In this document: positions 57,501 to 64,000 of the stretch, piece after piece | Numbering within the stretch: position 1 is the first letter of the stretch | Layout of the letters: each line of letters starts with the position of its first letter | Assembly: GCF_009914755.1 (NCBI RefSeq) | Contig: NC_060933.1 | Origin: the human T2T-CHM13v2.0 reference genome, Homo sapiens | DNA: 64,000 bases | Reading direction: 5' to 3' (one strand) | The notes under the pieces: model-generated | The model's database searches: none | What the model was told of the DNA's origin: nothing | What the model saw: the letters and a program-made list of their open reading frames with translations, nothing else | Program-made: the position numbers and the translations under genes

Positions 57501-60299
57501 GCAATCGAGTTGATTCCATTCCATTCCATTCCATTCCATTCCATTCCATTCCTTTCCATTCCATTACGGATGATTCCATTCCATTGCATTCCATTCCATT
57601 CCATTCCCCTGTACTCGGGTTGATTCCATTCCATTCCATTCCAATCTATGCCCTTCCACTCGTGTTGATTCCATTATTTCCATTCCATTCTAGTTGAATC
57701 CATTCCATTGCATTCCATTCCATTCGATTCCATTCGATTGCACTCGGGTTGATTCCATTCCATTGCATTCCATTCCATTCCATTCCATTCCATTCCATTC
57801 CATTCCATTCCGTTCCATTCCATTCGATTACATTCGGATTGATTCTATTCCACTCCCTTACTCTCCATTACATTCGATTCCATTCGGGTTGTTCCATTCC
57901 ATTCCATTCCATTCCACTCCATTCCATTGCACTCCGGTTGATTCCATTACATTCCATTCCATTCCGGAAGATTCCATTCCATTGCATTCCATTACATTCC
58001 ATTCCCCTGCACTCGCGTTGATTCCATTCCTTTCCATTCCATTCCATTCCATTCCATTCCATTGCATTCCGATCCGTTCCGTTCCATTCCATTCCATTCC
58101 ATTCCGTTCCGTTCCATTCCATTCCATTCCATTCCATTCCATTCTATTCGGGTTAATTCCATTCCATTCCATTCAATTGCAATCGAGTTGATTCCATTCC
58201 ATTCCATTCCATTCCATTCCATTCCATTCCATTCCTTTCCATTACATTACGGATGATTCCATTCCATTTCATTCCATTCCATTCCATTCCCCTGTACTCG
58301 GGTTGATTCCATTCCATTCCATTCCAATCCATGCCATTCTACTCGTGTTGATTCCATTCTTTCCATTCCATTCAAGTTGAATCCATTCCATTGCATTCCA
58401 TTCCATTCGATTCCATTCGATTGCACTCGGGTTGATTCCATGGCATTGCATTCCATTCCATTCCATTCCATTCCATTCCATTCCATTCCTTTCCATTCCA
58501 TTCCATCCCATTCCATTCGGATTCATTCTATTCAATTCCCTTACACTCCATTCCATTCCATTCCATTCGTATACTTTCCATTCCATTCCATTCCATTCCT
58601 CTCCATTCCATTGCACTCGGGTTGATTCCATTCCATTCCATTCCATTCCATTCCATTCCATTCCATTCCATTCCGGATGATTCCATTCCATTGAATTCCA
58701 TTCCATTCCGTTCCCCTGCACTTGGGTTGATTCCATTCCATTCCATTCCATTCCTTTCTGTTCCATTCCATTCCATTCCATTCCATTCCATTCTATTCGT
58801 GTTAATTCCGTTCCATTCTATTCCATTCCATTCCATTGAAATCGAGTTGATTCCATTCCATTCAATTCCATTCCATTCCATTCCATTCCATTCCATTCCG
58901 GATGATTCCATTCCATTGCATTCCATTCCATTCCATTCCCCTGCGCTCGGGTTGATTCCATTCCATTCCATTCCATACCATTCCATTCCATTGCATTCCA
59001 TTCCATTCCGTTCCATTCCGTTCCATTCCATTCCATTCCATTCTATTCGAATTAATTCCATTCCATTCCATTCCATTTCATTCTATTCCATTCCATTGCA
59101 ATCGAGTTCAATCCATTGCATTTCATTCCATTCCATTCCATTCCATTCCATTCCGGAAGATTCCATTCCATTGCATTCCATTCCATTCCATTCCTCTGCA
59201 CTCGCGTTGATTCTATTCCATTCCATTCCATTCCATTCCATTCCGTTCCGTTCCATTCCATTCCATTCCATTCCATTCCATTCCATTCCGTTCCGTTCCA
59301 TTCCATTCCATTCCATTCTATTCGGGTTAATTCCATTCCATTCCATTCGATTGCAATGGAGTTGATTCCATTCCATTCCATTCGATTCCATTCCATTCCA
59401 TTCCATTCCATTCCTTTCCATTCCATTACGGATGTTTCCATTCCATTGCATTCCATTCCATTCCATTCCCCTGTGCTCGGGTTGATTCTATTCCATTCCA
59501 TTCCAATCCATGCCATTCCACTCGTGTTGATTCCATTCTTTCCATTCCATTCAAGTTGAATCCGTTCCATTGCATTCCATTCCATTCGATTCCATTCGAT
59601 TGCGCTCGGGTTGATTCCATTCCATTGCATTCCATTCCATTCCATTCCATTCCATTCCATTCCATTCCATTCCGTTCCATTCCATTCCATTACATTCGGA
59701 TTGATTCTATTCAATTCCCTTACACTCCATTACATTCCATTCCATTCTGGTAGTTTCCATTCCATTCCATTCCATTCCTCTCCATTCCATTGCACTCGGG
59801 TTGATTCCATTCCATTGCATTCCATTCCATTCCATTCAATTCCATTCCGTTCCATTCCATTCCATTATATTCGGATTGATTCTATTCAACTCCCTTACTC
59901 TCCATTACATTCCATTCCATTTGGGTTGTTCCATTCCATTCCATTCCATTCCACTCCATTCCATTGCACTCGGGTTGATTCCATTCCATTCCATTCCATT
60001 CCGGAAGATTCCATTCCATTGCATTCCATTCCATTCCATTCCCCTGCACTCGCGTTGATTCCATTCCATTCCATTCTATTCCATTCCATTCCCTTCCTTT
60101 CCGTTCCATTCCATTCCATTCCATTCCATTCCATTCCATTCCGTTCCATTCCATTCCATTCCATTCTATTCGGATTAATTCCATTCCATTCCATTCGATT
60201 GCATTCGAGTTGATTCCATTCCATTCCATTCCATTCCATTCCATTCCATTCCATTCCATTCCATTCCTTTCCATTGCATTACGGATGATTCCATTCCAT

Positions 60300-63020
60300 T
60301 GCATTCCATTCCATTCCATTCCCCTATACTCGGGTTGATTCCATTCAATTCCATTCCAATCCATGCCACTCCACTCGTGTTGATTCCATTCTTTCCATTC
60401 CATTCAAGTTGAATCCATTCCATTGCATTCCATTCCATTCGATTCCATTCGATTGCAGTCGGGTTGATTCCATTGCATTGCATTCCATTCCATTCCATTC
60501 CATTCCATTCCATTCCATTCCATTCCGTTCCATTCCATTTCATTACATTCAGATTGATTCTATTCAATTCCCTTACACTCCATTATATTCCAATCCATTC
60601 TGGTTGTCTCCATTCCATTCCATTCCATTTCACTCCATTCCATTGCACTCAGGTTGATTCCATTCCATTCCATTCCATTGCATTCCATTCCATTCCATTC
60701 CGGATGATTCCATTCCATTGCCTTCCATTCCATTCCATTCCCCTGCACTCGGGTTGATTCCATTCCATTCCATTACATTGCATTCCGTTCCATTCCATTC
60801 CATTCCATTCGGATTGATTCTGTTCAATTCCCTTACACTCCCTTACATTCCATTCCATTCGGGTAGTTTCCATTCCATTCCATTCCATTCCTCTCCATTC
60901 CATTGTACTCGGGTTGATTCCATTCCATTGCATTCCATTCCATTCCATTCCATTCTATTTCATTCCATTCCGTTCCATTGCATTACATTCGGATTGATTC
61001 TATTCAACTCCCTTACTCTCCATTGCATTCCATTCCATTCGGGTTGTTCCATTCCATTCCATTCCATTCCACTCCATTCCATTGCGCTCGGGTTGATTCC
61101 ATTCCATTCCATTCCATTCCATTCCATTCCGGATGATTCCATTCCATTGCATTCCGTTCCATTACATTCCCCTGCACTCGGGTTGATTCCATTCCATTCC
61201 ATTCCATTCCATTCCATTCCTATTCTTTCCATTCCATTCTATTCCGTACCATTCCATTCCATTCCATACAATTCCATTCCATTCCATTCCACTCCGTTCC
61301 GTTCCGTTCCGTTCTGTTCCGTTCCATTCCATTCCATTCCATTCTATTCGGTTTAATTCCATTCCATTCCATTCCATTCCATTCTATTCCAATCCATTGC
61401 AATCGAGTTGAATCCATTGCATTCCATTCCATTCCATTCCATTCCATTCCATTCCATTCCGGAAGATTCCATTCCATTGCATTCCATTCCATTCCATTCC
61501 ATTCCATTCCATTCCATTGTACTCGGGTTGATTCCATTCCATTGCATTCCATTCCATTCCATTCCATTCCATTCCATTCCATTCCATTTCGTTCCATTCC
61601 ATTCTATTCGGTATCATTCCATTCCATTCCATTCCATTCCATTAAATTACATTCCATTCCATTCCATTCCATTGTACTCTGGTTGATTCCATTCCATTGC
61701 ATTCCATTCCATTCCATTCCATTCCATTCCGTTGCATTCCATTCCATTATATTCGGATTGATTCTATTCAACTCCCTTACTCTCCATTACATTCCATTCC
61801 ATTCGGGTTGTTCCATTCCATTCCATTCCATTCCACTCCATTCCATTGCACTCGGGTTGATTCCTTTCCATTCCATTCCATTCCATTCCGGATGATTCCA
61901 TTCCATTGCATTCCGTTCCATTACATTCCCCTGCACTCGGGTTGATTCCATTCCATTCCTTTCCATTCCATTCGATTCCATTCCATTCCCCTGCACTCGC
62001 GTTGATTCCATTCCATTCCATTCCATTCCATTCCATTCCATTCCATTCCATTCCATTCCGTTCCGTTCCGTTCCATTCCATTCCATTCCATTCTATTCGG
62101 GTTAATTCCATTCAATTCCATTCCATTCGATTGCAATCGAGTTGATTCCATTCCATTCCATTCCATTCCATTCCATTCCATTCCATTCCAGTCCTTTCCA
62201 TTCCTTTCCATTCCATTACTGATGATTCCATACCATTGCATTCCATTCCATTCCATTCCCCTATACTCGGGTTGATTCCATTCAATTCCATTCCAATCCA
62301 TGCCACTCCACTCGTGTTGGTTCCATTCTTTCCATTCCATTCAAGTTGAATCCATTCCATTGCATTCCATTCCATTCGATTCCATTCGATTGCAGTCGGG
62401 TTGATTCCATTGCATTGCATTCCATTCCATTCCATTCCATTCCATTCCATTCCGTTCCATTCCATTTCATTACATTCAGATTGATTCTATTCAATTCCCT
62501 TACACTCCATTATATTCCAATCCATTCTGGTTGTCTCCATTCCATTCCATTCCATTTCACTCCATTCCATTGCACTCAGGTTGATTCCATTCCATTCCAT
62601 TCCATTGCATTCCATTCCATTCCATTCCGGATGATTCCATTCCATTGCCTTCCATTCCATTCCATTCCCCTGCACTCGGGTTGATTCCATTCCATTCCAT
62701 TACATTGCATTCCGTTCCATTCCATTCCATTCCATTCGGATTGATTCTGTTCAATTCCCTTACACTCCCTTACATTCCATTCCATTCGGGTAGTTTCCAT
62801 TCCATTCCATTCCATTCCTCTCCATTCCATTGTACTCGGGTTGATTCCATTCCATTGCATTCCATTCCATTCCATTCCATTCTATTTCATTCCATTCCGT
62901 TCCATTGCATTACATTCGGATTGATTCTATTCAACTCCCTTACTCTCCATTGCATTCCATTCCATTCGGGTTGTTCCATTCCATTCCATTCCATTCCACT
63001 CCATTCCATTGCGCTCGGGT
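60300..63020 (-). repeat. Near-identical ~0.8 kb direct duplication (~60300-61093 and ~62240-63020), spacing ~1.93 kb
   Basis: Both copies carry CCCCTATACTCG, ATGCCACTCC, GATTGCAGTCGG, TCTGGTTGTCTCC, ATTGCCTTCC, CACTCCCTTAC, TTCTATTTCA and TTGCGCTCGGGT; ORF pairs are offset by 1927-1937. Confidence 0.88.
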
Positions 63021-64000
63021 AGTTTCCATTCCATTCCATTCCATTCCTCTCCATTCCATTGCACTCGGGTTGATTCCATTCCATTGCATTCCATTCCATT
63101 CCATTCAATTCCATTCCGTTCCATTCCATTCCATTACATTCGGATTGATTCTATTCAACTCCCTTACTCTCCATTACATTCCATTCCATTCGGGTTGTTC
63201 CATTCCATTCCATTCCATTCCACTCCATTCCATTGCACTCGGGTTTATTCCATTCCATTCCATTCCATTCCATTCAATTCCATTCCATTCCGGAAGATTC
63301 CATTCCATTGCATTCCATTCCATTCCATTCCCCTGCAATCGCGTTGATTCCATTCCATTCCATTCCATTCCATTCCATTCCATTCCATTCCTTTCCGTTC
63401 CATTCCATTCCATTCCATTCCATTCCATTCCATTGCATTCCGTTCCGTTCCGTTCCGTTCCGTTCCATTCCATTCCATTCCATTCTATTCGGGTTAATTC
63501 CATTCCATTCCATTCGATTGCAATCGAGTCAATTCCATTCCATTCCATTCCATTCCATTCCATTCCATTCCATTCCATTCCATTACGGATGATTCCATTC
63601 CATTGCATTCCATTCCATTCCATTCCCCTGTACTCGGGTTGATTCCATTCCATTCCATTCCAATCCATGCCATTCCACTCGTGTTGATTCCATTCTTTCC
63701 ATTGCATTCAAGTTGAATCCATTCCATTGCATTCCATTCCATTCCATTCCCCTGCAGTCGGGTTGATTCCATTCCATTCCATTCCATTCCATTCCATTCC
63801 GTTCCGTTCCATTCCATTGCATTCCTTTCTATTCGGGTTAATTCCATTCCATTCCATTCCATTCCATTCCATTTCAATCAAGTTGATTCCATTCCATTCC
63901 ATTCCAATCCATTCCATTCCATTCCATTCCATTCCACTCCATTCCAGTCCTTTCCATTCCATTCCACTCTGGTTGATTCCAATGTATTCCTTTCCATTCC

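Larger units (their letters stand above)
28730..64000 (-). repeat. Satellite III (HSat3)-type array in inverted orientation, (ATTCC)n on +
   Basis: Continuous ATTCC pentamers carrying the reverse complements of the same modules (ACTCGGGTTG, AATCGAGTTG, CTATTCGGGTTAA, CCGGATG/CCGGAAG) up to the window end. Confidence 0.97.

Noticed and set aside
42-63962. Hundreds of ORFs encoding MEWNG- or IPFHS-repeat peptides, up to 422 aa (53267-54535, minus strand)
   Set aside because: GGAAT/ATTCC has no stop codon in any frame and supplies an ATG every 5 bp. ORFs overlap in all six frames with the same peptide, and there is no domain, codon or splice evidence. Not reported as CDS.
1-64000. CRISPR-like or other prokaryotic repeat-spacer system suggested by regularly interspersed modules
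   Set aside because: The intervening sequence is itself GGAAT repeat rather than unique spacers, module spacing varies widely, and there are no cas or other genes.
1-64000. HSat2, alpha satellite, telomeric repeat, or embedded Alu/L1/ERV
   Set aside because: Long pure GGAAT runs with CAACCCGAGT indicate HSat3. I saw no 171-bp alphoid monomer, TTAGGG tract, long poly-A tail or any non-satellite stretch.

Overview
The whole 64 kb window is Human Satellite 3-type DNA (HSat3/SatIII, hominid pericentromeric heterochromatin): (GGAAT)n pentamers interrupted by diagnostic CAACCCGAGT-family modules. I see no unique sequence, gene, RNA gene, transposon or CRISPR array. Every ORF in the track (poly-MEWNG / poly-IPFHS) is an artefact of a stop-free pentamer. 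The informative structure is in the satellite itself. (1) There is one sharp strand switch at about 28726-28739, with the G-rich strand on + to the left and on - to the right (convergent), embedded in a diverged ~1.85 kb fold-back quasi-palindrome. (2) About 39 perfect three-unit heat shock elements (nGAAnnTTCnnGAAn) arise from one recurring module variant, GGAATCTTCCGGAAT. (3) A 14-bp perfect palindrome recurs about 21 times. (4) Repeats are nested: 5 bp, a ~175 bp dimer, a ~0.85-0.9 kb module cycle, 3.3 kb and 5.06 kb near-identical tandem duplications, and a possible ~14.1 kb period. All coordinates and counts were read by eye and block edges are approximate. Chromosome and subfamily are not established; 9q12-type HSat3 is only a plausible guess.
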